This document shows, one piece after another, positions 29,276-41,900 of a stretch of 56,786 bases of DNA. This stretch comes from Seison nebaliae. Its lineage: Eukaryota. The stretch is taken from positions 1 to 56,786 of the forward strand of contig JALJEE010002383.1 in assembly GCA_023231475.1 (NCBI GenBank). The letters run 5' to 3'. Position 1 is the first letter of the stretch. Each line of letters starts with the position of its first letter. The notes below the pieces were generated by a model that made no database searches, was not told the DNA's origin, and was given only the letters and a program-made list of their open reading frames with translations. The position numbers and the translations under genes are program-made.

Positions 29276-31068
29276 TTCCCTAGTGTGAGTATAACTCAAA
29301 TTTAACTATTTTTTTATAAAAAAAAAAGAGTCTATAAGATTTAGTCGATATTGACTCAAAACTAAGCTAGAAATTACACCCAAAGAATAAATTGATTAAT
29401 AAAATTTTCGGGCAATTAAATCAGAATAGTAATAATTGATCGAAATCAGTCACCATAAAAGACTTTTTCTATAAAATGAATTTCGCGGATATAGTTCGTT
29501 TTTCGTAATTTACCCATATTGGGACTGCATTTGAAAAAATAATATAAACAAACTGATTTTGTGAATAAAAGTTTATATCAATCTTTCATTAAAGTCTGTC
29601 ATTAACTCTTCGTCATCTGTTCAATAAATTACGTCTTTTCTACTGTTATTCTGGAAAGCACCTTTCAGGTCAAAAAGCAGGTAAGCAGGTCATGCAAAAT
29701 CTTCACTCAATAATCAACGAGATTCCTCCCGACCAATTTCTCAAAAACGAAAACCAAGACGAATGTGGTAGTTGCAACCGGCAACCCGTTCTGGCTATTC
29801 CGTCGCCGGAGAAACAAACCGGTCCTCCGTTCAGTGATGATCACTACGTCAACCGAAGTCTCCTCATTCCTTTGTCAATCGAATCTGGATTTCGTCAAAT
29901 TGTAGCGTATGAGAGGCCGAAAGAATGACGATGCTCCGAATACATCCCGTTCATTCATTATCGTTGTTCGGTCGACAATCTACAACGATTTCTTAATCCG
30001 GAACTTTGGCATGAGAGAATTCATATCCGTTTTTTTCTCTTCTACCACCAACGATTTTCTAAAAGAGAGATGTATTGAGTGCGTCGTAAACTCTTCAGAT
30101 GTTTTGTTGACTATCCACGCTCCTTCTCTTCCTATTCTCGCTTCTTCTTCCTCCACCAGGATCATCTCATTTATCAAGCTCCTCATTTTCATCTTCATAT
30201 ACATCTTTATGACATAACTATCCCTCCATTTTACCTTTTTTCATCTGTATTACTTTCAACATCCGAATCGAAGAAATTGTCACTTGTCTCATTCAATTCA
30301 CATGGACCGTCAAAACTATGTTCGAGCTTACCATTTATCTTACATCATGAGCCTTTTTTTCATTCAAGAATCCTGGCCCATCTCTCCGTATCCGAACTGG
30401 CTCTCATCGGAGACTTATCGTCTTGTTTCTCTCGACGCGACGGTCCTCGTGTTCTTTTACGAATCTCTAACCGCTGGGGACATCTATGATTTCCGAAGAT
30501 GTTGGAGACTGAAGTGGAAGAGATCGTGAGTGTGATTGTGCTGTGTGAGAAGCAGCTGAGAAATTAGTGAGGAGTTGCATTAGTTGGAACGAGTCGAACG
30601 AGTTGTAATCACAGTCGTTATAAAACTTGAAGCGTTGTATCAGAGATTCTTGGATTATATTTGCAGTTTTGCAATAGTTTCGACCCACTGTTGTCCAAAG
30701 ATCGTCCTTCATTCTCTCTACTTTCATCACATTTCCGTTCACATCTGGAGATTGATAGAAATAGTTCAAACCAAATTCTCGATTGGTTGAGTAGTCCCGA
30801 ATCGGGACTCTCGATTGGGGACTCCCGATTTTTTTGTAACAGCGAATGGTACTTAACAGATACAAGACGAGCTTTTATTCTTCTCCTCCACAATTCGCTT
30901 ATAGAGCCGAGGTGTCCATCCGATTCTCATTATTTTCCACACATTATTCTTCGAAGCCGAAGCACATCATACCCAGTTACATGCATTCCCTAATGTGAGT
31001 ATAACTGAAACTATTTTTTTATAGAAAAAAATGAGTCTATAACATTTAATCGATATTGACTCAAAACT
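29276..31068. repeat. Pair of about 85-bp imperfect direct repeats (29276-29363 and 30986-31068) bracketing a GC-richer decayed ORF-like island
   Basis: Both copies read ttcccta(g/a)tgtgagtataact...ctattttttt ata...gagtctataa.attta.tcgatattgactcaaaact. Confidence 0.8.
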
Positions 31069-32795
31069 TACAAGGGAATGGTACGCATTCGCATCCGCCG
31101 TTTTACTCCAAAAAAATCATGAAGATAGGAAAAATAAAGCAAAAGGGATGTGGAAAAAAATTTTAAGAAAATTCTTTTCATGCATATTATTGCACCAAAT
31201 GTACAAGTCTATCAACAAAGTTAATATTGCACCGACTTTTCAAAAAATTATGCAGGAAGAATGCTTTATTAATTGTTACTCTATATTCTAACAATATCTA
31301 TCTAACTATATTGTAAATATAAGAAGGTTTAGATCAATATGAACGATTTTATTTATATATGTATTCTTATAGTATAATATGAAAGTGACGAAGTTATGAA
31401 TAAGCGAAAAACGTTTTGAAATTGATGGTATGATAAGAGAAAGGGATAGTATAAGAAAAACTAAAATTATAATCCGAGTAGCTATAAGCGAGATTAATAA
31501 GAATTTAAATTATTTAATTAATATTTATGAATTATTTCATTCTTGTATAGTTTTGGTTCCATTTTGTTTGTTTTCGTTTGGATAATAATTTGATTAACAT
31601 CAGTTTGATTAAAATTTCATTTATATCTAATAATAAACGATAATTTATAATGAAAATTAAAGATTGCAATCGGATTGCAAAATAAAGTATCATGATACTA
31701 ACCTATTAAGATTAGAATTAATTTCAACTGGTTACCATTTTTCAGTTTCTTAACTTTTGCATTTTTTTTGTCTATCCATCGCTTTCTGCTGTTGTTATTT
31801 TCGATATCTACTTTATTCTTTTTTGAACTTGATATGTTAATGTTTTCAAGTAAACAAAATACCGAATTTAACTTTTTAATGAAATGGTCAATTATTTCAA
31901 TGTTTTTATCGTTTAGTGTTCGAATGTGTCGTAAGTCTTTGATAGCTAAATCAATTTCTTCATTCATTTCCAGAGAATTATAAATATATATATATTTTCA
32001 ATTTTTTATGAAAATCACGTAAGTTAATGGATGAACAAATAATATGTATAAATATATAATACCAAATATCATATTATGAACATTATATGTTCCAATATCA
32101 GTTCGTTAATTACATTTCAAGTAGAATGTTCCTATTAAGTAATGTTTTTATTCTACAAGTACTAAAAATTTTTCTTCAATTTGTAGTATGAGACCGGAAG
32201 TGTGATAAGATGACAAATTAAACTATGAAATTTTATATTATAATATATTATCATTTTATCTAACAATGTGGACAACGAGGTCAATCTTTATGATGATGAT
32301 GATAATGATTTATTTATGTTTTTTTCGAGTTGATGCGGTACAAACATTCTCATTTAGTGAACAAGAAGAAAACTTATAAATAATATTAATAATTCCTCAC
32401 AATCCCTAACAATGTTGGAAGTTACCGCGAAACAAAAATTTTTCAATTATAAACTTTACTTTAGTTCTTAAAATTATCGAGAATATCACCGTGACAATTC
32501 TTGTTTCGTAATTTTCTCCCTGCCATTTCAAACTGAAAATTTGAAATATAGAAATTAGAAAAATTGATTCAGACTGTTTGTATTCAGACATTGTGACAAC
32601 TAATGTGACAACAAACATTATATTGATTCAGATATAATTATTAACAGTAAAATAGAACACCCGATAAAACTATTCATTCATAAAATTGATAACAAAAATA
32701 ATATATATATATATAAATCACAAATATTATTTAAATATAATAAGGGAAAATTAATAAATCTCTGTGTAATGTTTTCGTTGTTATAACATCCTTGT

Positions 32796-33336
32796 TCATA
32801 GAACTAAATTTTTTAACCATTGTTCATACTTCTTATCTAAATTACCCGAACTACGTGCTCGTCCAACATCTCCACAATCAGCATTTTTTAAAACAGCTGC
32901 TCCTTCTTCTCCCGGAGAATTCATCGTACTTAATTCTCCACCGTCAGCTCCTTCTGGAGAAGCAGTTGTACCGGTTATTGATTTTGTTGTTGTCACATCT
33001 TGTTTAGCAGTTGTTGAAACATCTACCTTTATTACTGTTGTTGTTGTTGCTGCTGCAACTGTTGCTATTGTGGTTGCTACTGTTGTTGCATCATCGTCGT
33101 CATCGCTGAGAACTGAGAGGAAATAATTGTAATGTTACATTAAATTTGACACGATTATTAACCCGAAGTAATTCCTCCTATTGCTCCTCCTAGGGCACCT
33201 GTTATCACTAATGCAAATATAATTCCGAATAAAATCAGAATACTAGCTGGTCTTCTTTTTTTATTAGTTCTGCAAAAGATTTAATGAAAAATAAAGAAGG
33301 TGTTTTTAAAAACTTATCTCCTACGATTTGAAACAT
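32796..33336 (-). CDS. Small type II membrane, Thr-rich mucin-like orphan protein, 3 exons
   Basis: Two GTT-AG introns join MFQIVGDK-TNKKRRPASILILFGIIFALVITGALGGAIGGITS-VLSDDDDDATTVATTIATVAAATTTT...: a basic stretch, a TM helix and a Thr-rich stalk. Confidence 0.65.
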
Positions 33337-33624
33337 TGCGCATGAAGTCAAATTTTGCTTCTCAATATTTCTTTCCAAAATTAAGAGACTTTAATATTTC
33401 CTTAGGATAGTCAGTGATGACGACTTCTATGATGTAATACTTCAAATCAAGTACGATAACACTGTAAATACATTAAATGATCAATGTCATTAATTATAGA
33501 TTTTTAATTTTCAGTTGATAACTTGACGTAATCAGTCGATGTACCCCAAGCAAGTGTATACACGCAATATTGTCGAATGTTGTTTTAAACATAAAGGAAA
33601 GATCGATTGGGGGACATATCTTAA

Positions 33625-34105
33625 TCCTATATAAAAATTTTGTAGAAGACAGTTCTCAACTCAAAAATAGAACAGTTCTCAACCTATTTTATATGTTTCC
33701 GGACAGAAACTATAATCAATTGAAATAAAATTTTGGATGAAGAATTTTAAAAATTATTAAGAAATGACGTTTCTATGGAATCTAACATCATTCTATTATA
33801 TTGTTGATTAGATAGAAAAACTTATGAATCTTGTAAACTTACCCACATGATTATAAAACAGTTCAAAAATTAATTCAAGAATTATCGTAATTATACGTAA
33901 ATCACTATCAGCTGGATAGATTTTGATGTACTTATACAATCTTCACTATGTTTTGAGGTTGAGAACTGTCCAAAAAGTACATGAAAGAATGAGAACTGTC
34001 CGAAATGTTAATAAAAGATTGAGAAATGTCCGGAAGAATAAGAAATAGGTTGAAAATGTCCTATTTTTGATTTGAGAACTGTCGTATACAAATCTTATTT
34101 TAGTG
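33625..34105. mobile_element. Non-autonomous DNA transposon/MITE with about 80-bp imperfect TIRs and subterminal GGACAGTTCTCA repeats (CACTA/CMC-like)
   Basis: Left tttgtagaagacagttctcaactcaaaaatagaacagttctcaacctattt..ttccggaca is the inverted copy of the right end. The right terminus reads CACTA on the minus strand. The motif tgagaactgtc is repeated several times at 33960-34083. Confidence 0.7.
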
Positions 34106-34863
34106 CCACGATCAGTCCGGTGACCGAAAGATCTAATAAAAACCTAAAACTAAAAGGATATGTTAATCAAATTTCTCAAATTGTTTAATCAATATTAGTC
34201 AAATTTCCTTTCAATGTCGACCACTCTATTAGATTATTATCATAGGTAAAATTTAATGTAAAATTAGAATCAGTCGACTACATAATTTATTTCGTCAAAT
34301 TTCTGAAAGATCACAATTCTGTAATTATTATGGCTTTTGTTTATTTGCAAACACTTTGTATATTATTTATTCTTTGATATGTTAAGGGAGATTAAGGATT
34401 TATTTTCAAAAAATTAAGTTGATTTATTAACCACAGATATGTTTCTGATTCTAATTTGTTGATCTTCAATTCTTTCATTGAAAGAATATGTTAATAGAAA
34501 AGGATTTTTTTGAGTATGTTAACTAATTTATTTATTAGAAAATAAAGAATATGAAAATAAGAAGCATTGTTGATGGTTATGTCCATTAAGGATAAGTGAA
34601 AATACTAAATGAAAGAGTTGAGACAACAGATATGAAAATTAATTGATTTTTGATAAATCTTAATTAGAACGGCTTATTGAGATAGATTGAAAAAGATAAA
34701 TAGATGAGATAAATTTCTTGAAGGAAATTATTATTGAGAAGAGAAATGATAATAATTTGCATAACTAAAAATGAAATTGGGTAAGGAGAGAACATAACAA
34801 ATTTAGTTTGGTAGTGAGAGGTACTTTATAAGAATTCGTCAATTATGATTATTGTCTATCAAT

Positions 34864-35951
34864 TTAATCATCGATACAACTTCCGTTCAAACTGCTGCGC
34901 TAAAAAAGAAAAAGAAAAAAATGAATTAACTTCAAGATAAAATAAAGGTTTCAAAGGGGTCTTTGTTGGCAGGAAAAATTAGTATTAATAGTTAAAATAA
35001 TTTTTTAAGAGAATTATTAACGATGTTAGTTTTGAGTGCACAAGATTGCTACTAAATGATAAGGAGAGTTGATATTTTGGTAAAAATTTAGCAGCAAAAC
35101 CTGTTATTGTTGTGGCGGTTGTGAGATAGCACGACTGGAGAAGCTAGTGCGCCGTTGACGAGCGTATGAAGGTGCACGATCCGGCTATAAAACAAAAGAA
35201 GATTTAATGTTAAGTAGAATTAGATCAAAATTATATTTTAATCTTACATCATCAAAATGGAAAATACGTTGTATAAAGAAGAAGCTGGAAAGCAAGTTTG
35301 ATGAAAGAATTCACGCTTACCTCCGTGAAAGAATAAGTAGCGATAAGGTAATAAATGAAAAAGTTTCTTTTTGCAAACTTCTTCGTTTCCCATCTCAATG
35401 AAGACCAGAATATTGCGATTGCACGGGGATTTGAGAAAAGATTTCCGCTCTCGGAACTTTGCTCAAGAGAGATGGATTTTGGAGAAATAATGATGGATTT
35501 GAATGCGAAAAAATGAATAGAAAAATTTCAACACAAATCATTTATTGATTCGAATGAAAGCGTAAAATAGATGCTTAGATAACTTATTTGTTTCTTTTTT
35601 AGCATAAATGAAGAAATAGCATTAGATGAGAGAGATTGGGAAAGTAATAAATTAATTACTGTAACGGGTTAGGAGAGAAGGAAAATGAATTCGAATGAGT
35701 AATAAGAGTGAATAGAAGGAGAGCTGTTCTCTTCTAATCTAAATTAATTTAGTAATAAGTTCAGGTTATCTTTATGTTGTGTTTGGTTGTGAGTGAGTTT
35801 ATTGTGAGTGTGTGTGTGTGTGTGTTTTTTTTAAGATTAATAGATTGGTGAGTTCTTCCTTTCAAGAATGCTCTCACATATCGCGAGCCATTGAACGTCG
35901 AATAGATGTAGAACGGATGGTTCGTACAGACGACATTCGATCACCGTCCGG
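34864..35951 (-). CDS. Mhc: MHC alternative terminal (tailpiece) exons: 35951-35874, 35184-35104, 34899-34864
   Basis: Each has a polypyrimidine-TAG phase-0 acceptor and a stop. They encode [51 protein letters not shown] and [11 protein letters not shown]. Confidence 0.75.
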
Positions 35952-38900
35952 CTAAACAGAGGAAGAAGGAATTGATAAATAATATTATTAAACAGGTTCC
36001 TTTCACCGAAATTTGAAAGAGTTAAATTTTAGTATTTTAGGAATAATATGTCCGATAACCTTATATGGCAAATCATTAAAAATGAAGGTTACTAACAGCT
36101 GGTGACATTCTCGATGTGACAACGCTTTGTGAAACAGATGTACGGTTCTTAGCCCGTAATTTGCTTAATTGATTTTCAGCCATATCAGCACGTTCTTCCG
36201 CGTCTTCTAATTCATGTTGTACCTTTCGATATTTAGCCAAGTTCATGGCAGCAATTTCTTCCTAAAACACATTTAATATAAAGAAGAATATCGATTTTTT
36301 GAAAATTCGGCAAATTAAAGAAATTTTTCCTAACGGCTTCCTCAACTTGTCGTTTGTATGTCTTGATTTTCTGGTTCAATTTCTCAACAAGATCTTGTAA
36401 TCGTTCTTGGTTCTTGCGATCTTCCTCCATCTGGAACATTAATTCCTTAACACGTCGTTCGGCTTTGTGCGCAGCCTTGGCGGTCTCCTGATGAATACGT
36501 TGTTCATTCTCTAATTCTGTCTCGACTTCACGAATCTATCATAAAGACAGTGTTTGTAGAATTATTTGATAAATTAGGAACTAACTCGTTGTTCCAATTT
36601 GGCGATTATACGTTTGCCTCCCTTAAGAGCATTAGCTTCAGCTTCATCTAATCGTACTTGTAATTCGTGAACTTGTTGTTCCAATGCTTTACGTAATCGT
36701 TCGATATGAAGAGCGTGTTCTTGTTCTTGACGTAACTCTTCAGCCAATCGTGAGGCATCACTGGCAGCTTTCTTTGCCTTCTCTTCCGACGATTTAAGTT
36801 CATTAATCGTATCTTCCAAGTCAGCTTGCATTGCTTGGAGATCACCTTCCAGTTTACGTTTATGTGCTGATAGATTGGCATTATAGGCAGCTAATTCACT
36901 AATACGATCGGCAGCTTCATGTAATTCCAATTCGGCTGCTTTTCGGGCACGTTCAGCTTGTTCCAAAGCTGTTCGTAATTCTTCCACTTCACTTGCCATC
37001 ATTAATGCACGTCGTTCAGCAGCAGCTGCTTGTTCACGTGCTTCTTCTCGTGATCTTTGTTCCTCCTCAACTTGATGTTGAAGATCCATAATTTGATCTT
37101 GTAATTTCTTGATACTGTGATGGAGATCGGCATTCGTTCGATTCGAATGATCTAATGCTATTTCTAATTCGTTGACATCGCCTTCCAATTTCTTCTTTTG
37201 ACGAAGAGCGTCTTGTTTGCCCTTTGATTCAGCTTCTAAACTGGCTTGCATCGATTCCATTGCCCGTGCATGATTCTTGCGAGTCGATTCGAATTCTTCT
37301 TCCTTCTCTTGTAATCGACGATCAATCTCCGTTCGAACTTGTGCTAATTCTAAAGTGATTCGTTGAACCTTAGCTTCTTCTTGTTCGAGAGCTCCTTCTG
37401 CTTCTTCGAGTGCCGCTTGTAATTCTTCTTTCTCTAATTCTAAACGTTTTCGTTGTTTCTCCAACTCGTGGACGTTCTTTCCACCTTCACCCAATTGATC
37501 GGTAAGATCTTGAATCTCTTCTGCCAAATTCTTATTCTCTCGTTTCAATAATTCGATTTGTTCCAACGTTTCTTCATGTTGAGTACGCAATTTGAATAAT
37601 TCGGTCGAATACATTCGAGTTTCTTTTTGAGATGCCTCCAATTCAAAGGTAATATCTTCACACTTCTTCTTCCATTCGCAAATGAGTTTGTCGAATTGAC
37701 GTTGTTTCTTCTCCATCGATGCGGCATTGGCATTGGCACGTTCTACATCGATCATCAAATCTTCGACTTCTCCTTGTAATCGTTGTTTCGTCTTTTCCAA
37801 TGAATTACATTTCGACAGTGCTTGATCCACTTGCTCTTCAGCCTCAGCCAATTTCTGTGCAAGTTTTCGTTTAGCTTCTTCCAATTCTTCAGCACGTGCG
37901 ATTCCTTCAGTTTCATATCGAGTTCGCCACTGTTGTGCTTCGTTCGATAATCGAGTAACATTCTTTTGTAATTCCAATTTGGATTCGGCTTCTTCTTCCA
38001 ATTGAATTCGAGTAGAATCCAAATCAGCTGTTACGTTGCGTAATTGAGATTGTAATCCGTTTCGGGTACGTGTCTCTTCATCCAAGTTACGTTTGGCTTC
38101 ATCCAATTGCGAAGAGATTTGTTGTTTTTGCTTGCTCAATGTTCCAACTTGGTGTTCGGCATCTTCCAATTGTCTCAACAATTCTGAGTTTTCTTGTGCT
38201 AAACGAGATTTGGCCGAATTAACTTCAGTGATAACTCTGGTTTGTTCATCGATCTTGATCATCAATTCATTGATTTGAATTTCTAATTGTTTCGATAATT
38301 TCTCGGCAGCAGCCTGAAAAATATATGGAATGAGTATCCAATTAGCATGACATAGATATGGAGAGTAATAAAAAGGGTTAGCCAGACGAAAGTTTTTAAA
38401 AGAAGACACCCAAATCAAAAATTTGGTTATTAAATAGGAATTAAAGGGAATTGAGGAATACCTTATATCTTTCCATTTCTTCAATCTGATAACGCATTTG
38501 ATCGTTATCCAAGAAAAGGTTTTTTACTTCCTTATCAGAACTAAATGATAAATTGACAAACAAATATTATTTCAAACAATTTCAAATTTTTTCACATTTT
38601 TTTCGGGTGAAACTACGGCATGATTATGAGAGGATTTTATAGAAACCAAAATTGAGAAAAAGAAAAGAAAATATCAAGGAGTTCTACCTTGCCCTTATTG
38701 ACATGTTCGAGTTGTGCCATTAAGTCTTCATATTCAGCCTTAATGTCTGATTTCTCCTTTTCCAAACTAACATTTTGAATTATTTCTGGCAATCTGTGAA
38801 GGAATTTTTAAGACTAACCGATTTTTCAATTTTTGCAATTGATCGATCTGTTCTCCCATTTCGTTAACAGCATCTTGATGTTTCTTCCTCAATTGTTGTG

Positions 38901-41900
38901 CTGTGGCATCATGTTGCATGTTGGCTTCTTCCAAATCACGACGAAGTTTGACCAATTCAGCTTCACGTTTTTTGTTAATTTCAATTTGTGCATTTGTTGC
39001 ACCACCAGCTTCATCAAGACGGTCATTCAATTCATCCAATTCTCTAGAGACTTCTTGTCGTTGTTTGTCTACTTTTGATCGAGCAGCACGTTCCGATTCT
39101 AATTCTTCTTCTAATTCTTCGATACGTTGCTGAAGAGAAACAAGAAAGATAATTAATTTGAAGTCAAATTTTCATTTAAATTTCTATTGATTGCTCCGAT
39201 TTTACCATCGACCGATAATTATTAATAAACTAGCGATTTAATGAAAATATGATAAAAATATTAAAAATAAATTGGTAGTATTGAAAAATAGATGTTAGGT
39301 ATTCCCCCGGGAATATAACTAGTTTCTTTTATGAAAAGTAATAATAATAAAATGTTTACTTCAATTAAATTCCTAAAACGAGGTGTTGTGGAATTCTCGG
39401 CATATCCTTCTCGTAGGATCGCCTTACTTTTATAAGAGAGATTTGAATTGATTTGTGGGTACAAATCCTGGTATGTATTGACATTATTGGAGGATGAAGT
39501 ACGAGCAGTTGAATAACGATTAATTCGTGTCGTACTGGTTGAGGGGGTTGCTATATTTTCATGAAGAAATTTAGCTAGAATTTAATGATTGAAATATGAA
39601 AGAAAAAGGGAATTGGAAGATAAAATTATGAACAACTATAGGAATTGTTAACTGATTGACTAGCTAAATACTCCATTATTTTCTTCTCACTTTTATTTCC
39701 CTATGTTTTTCTGAATATATAGAAATATATTTTACGATAGTAAATCGTCTACAATTGTGCGTCAGTTTGCGAGTGAGATAGAGTAAGAATGAATGAAAAG
39801 GTTCAAGTTAATACTATCCGCAAAATGGGACTTTCGTCTTACACTCATGATATAACAGTTTTTTTTTCCTTTCGATTTTATCACTCATCCTTATTCGATG
39901 TTCATTCTTTTTCCCTTTAATTATCGAATGTTATCACTTTGGATGAAAGGTTGAAAGATGACTTCCTCTGTCACTTTGAAAAAAATCTACTTTTTAATCT
40001 CTCAAATTGGAAAGCGATCGATTTAACGATAAGTTCATGTTACACATGTGACAATGAATGAATTGAATGCAAGCAACTTATAGGAAAACTATAATTGTTA
40101 TTAATAAAAGTTTTTCTTTACATTTCCTTTTAACCTGAGATGAAGGTCGTATTGAAATTACTTCCAGTAAATACGTTCCCATATTTATTATTTGAAACAG
40201 AGAGTGATGCTGTTGTGGAGGAAGGTGAGATTGATGGTGAAACATTCGTCGAATTCGGAATATGATAATTCGACGATGTTCTCTTAGCGGAAGAAACGAT
40301 TGCTGTATAACTGTTGGCTGGACGGAGAGTTGAACGTCTATATTTCCCTTCCAATTGCATTCGATGGAATCGTTGAGATAATTTGTCTCGTCTTTTACCA
40401 GAAATGGTCGATTCGGTTTGATGCATAAGATTTTCTAGATCCAAGACTGAATGACCACTGTTGAGAGAGGAGAAGGTTAAGGATCTACAGAAACCATTAG
40501 AATATGAATCGATATTATCGTTGATATTTCGACTACTTATTGTCTTCCTTTCATTGCTTATTATCGGACTGTTCTTCAAGGAGTGATCGATCGTCGTCGA
40601 TTCCAACTCACTTGCATCATCAGCAGATGCATCATTAAATGTGCTTGTCGTTATATTGGTAGTAGGTAAAGTACCAGTCTGTGGGTTTGTTGAACGTGAT
40701 AAATACTTGTTGGATCTTTGATTACTCTTCGCTTCCCATTTGGCACATTTGTCATAAATAGATGATTTATTTTTGGAAATGAAGATTTTCTTATTCTTCG
40801 AATTGTTCTCCTCATCTATTTGAGCATTCTGCGTAACACTGTTAGTCGAATCCATTCCATAAACTGATCCACTTAAACGATCATCATATGTGGAGAAATT
40901 AAACTGGTATAAACTGCCTAACAACCGTACTTTCTCTCATCAAAACACTTACGACATTCAACTGGTGGAGAGGAGAGAAACTGACGAGAAACTAATTAAA
41001 TTAAAAGACAAAAAAATTTAATCGTTATAATCGACTTGGGGATTTTAAGTGAAATATTTTTGTTTCTCTTAATGTTTTAGTTGAAGTAGAGACTTTACAA
41101 CGACGGACGTCAACATCGAACGGATATGGTACAGTTTAAATTAAGATCGACCTGATCATGATCAAGCGTTGCACTATATGCGTTACGATGACGAAGACGA
41201 CCGTTAATAATTATGATATTGAATGATTATTACAATAAGAAATATTACCATAAATTTGATGGTAGAAACAATTCGCTCAAGTCGCAATTCGATAGATAAT
41301 TTTTTTCTTCTTCTTCTTCAACTTTCCACGTAAACAACAATTAAAGTGAAAAACTAAAATTTATTATTGTTATTAAAATTTTCATCTTTATTCTACTTAT
41401 TCTTCTTGCCATTATCTCAATTATAACGATGTAGTCGATGATAACAACATTAGAAATTCATGACAACAAACGCGAAATACACCGAATGTTTACTGATGCA
41501 TAAAAGTTGAAAAGAAGTAGGCGAAAACGCCTAATATTACGATAATTGTAACAACAAGAACAATAATAATAAGAACGACATAAATGTACGAATAAATCAT
41601 CGTCATAATCATAATCATCGTTACAATCGTCTTCTTCATCATTTGTAATGCAAAGATGAAGTAAGAAAAAAATAAATGAAATTATGGTGAATATTTCGAT
41701 GAATGTATCCTCATCTAATTCGACGTTATCTAACATCATCCTTTTCCTTTTCATGTCTACCTAATAAATTTTCATCGGGTAGTAGGCAAATAGGTCAAGA
41801 ATTTGCAGAGGAAAAAAATGAAATTTAATTTGAATGATGAAAGTAGGAGAGCAGAGGGATAATATTACAGGAAGCCATTAAGCGATTGATTGATTGCCAA

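Noticed and set aside
29284..31063. Direct repeats as LTRs (TG...CA sub-boundaries)
   Set aside because: Homology extends beyond the TG/CA ends, and no PBS, PPT, TSD or gag/pol motifs were seen.
31698..31967. 89-aa K/N-rich ORF
   Set aside because: Could be a small orphan exon, but it is compositionally biased with no supportable identity.
41458..41754. 98-aa ORF inside the large MHC intron
   Set aside because: Low-complexity sequence with no homology and no demonstrable in-phase splice link to the nested exons.
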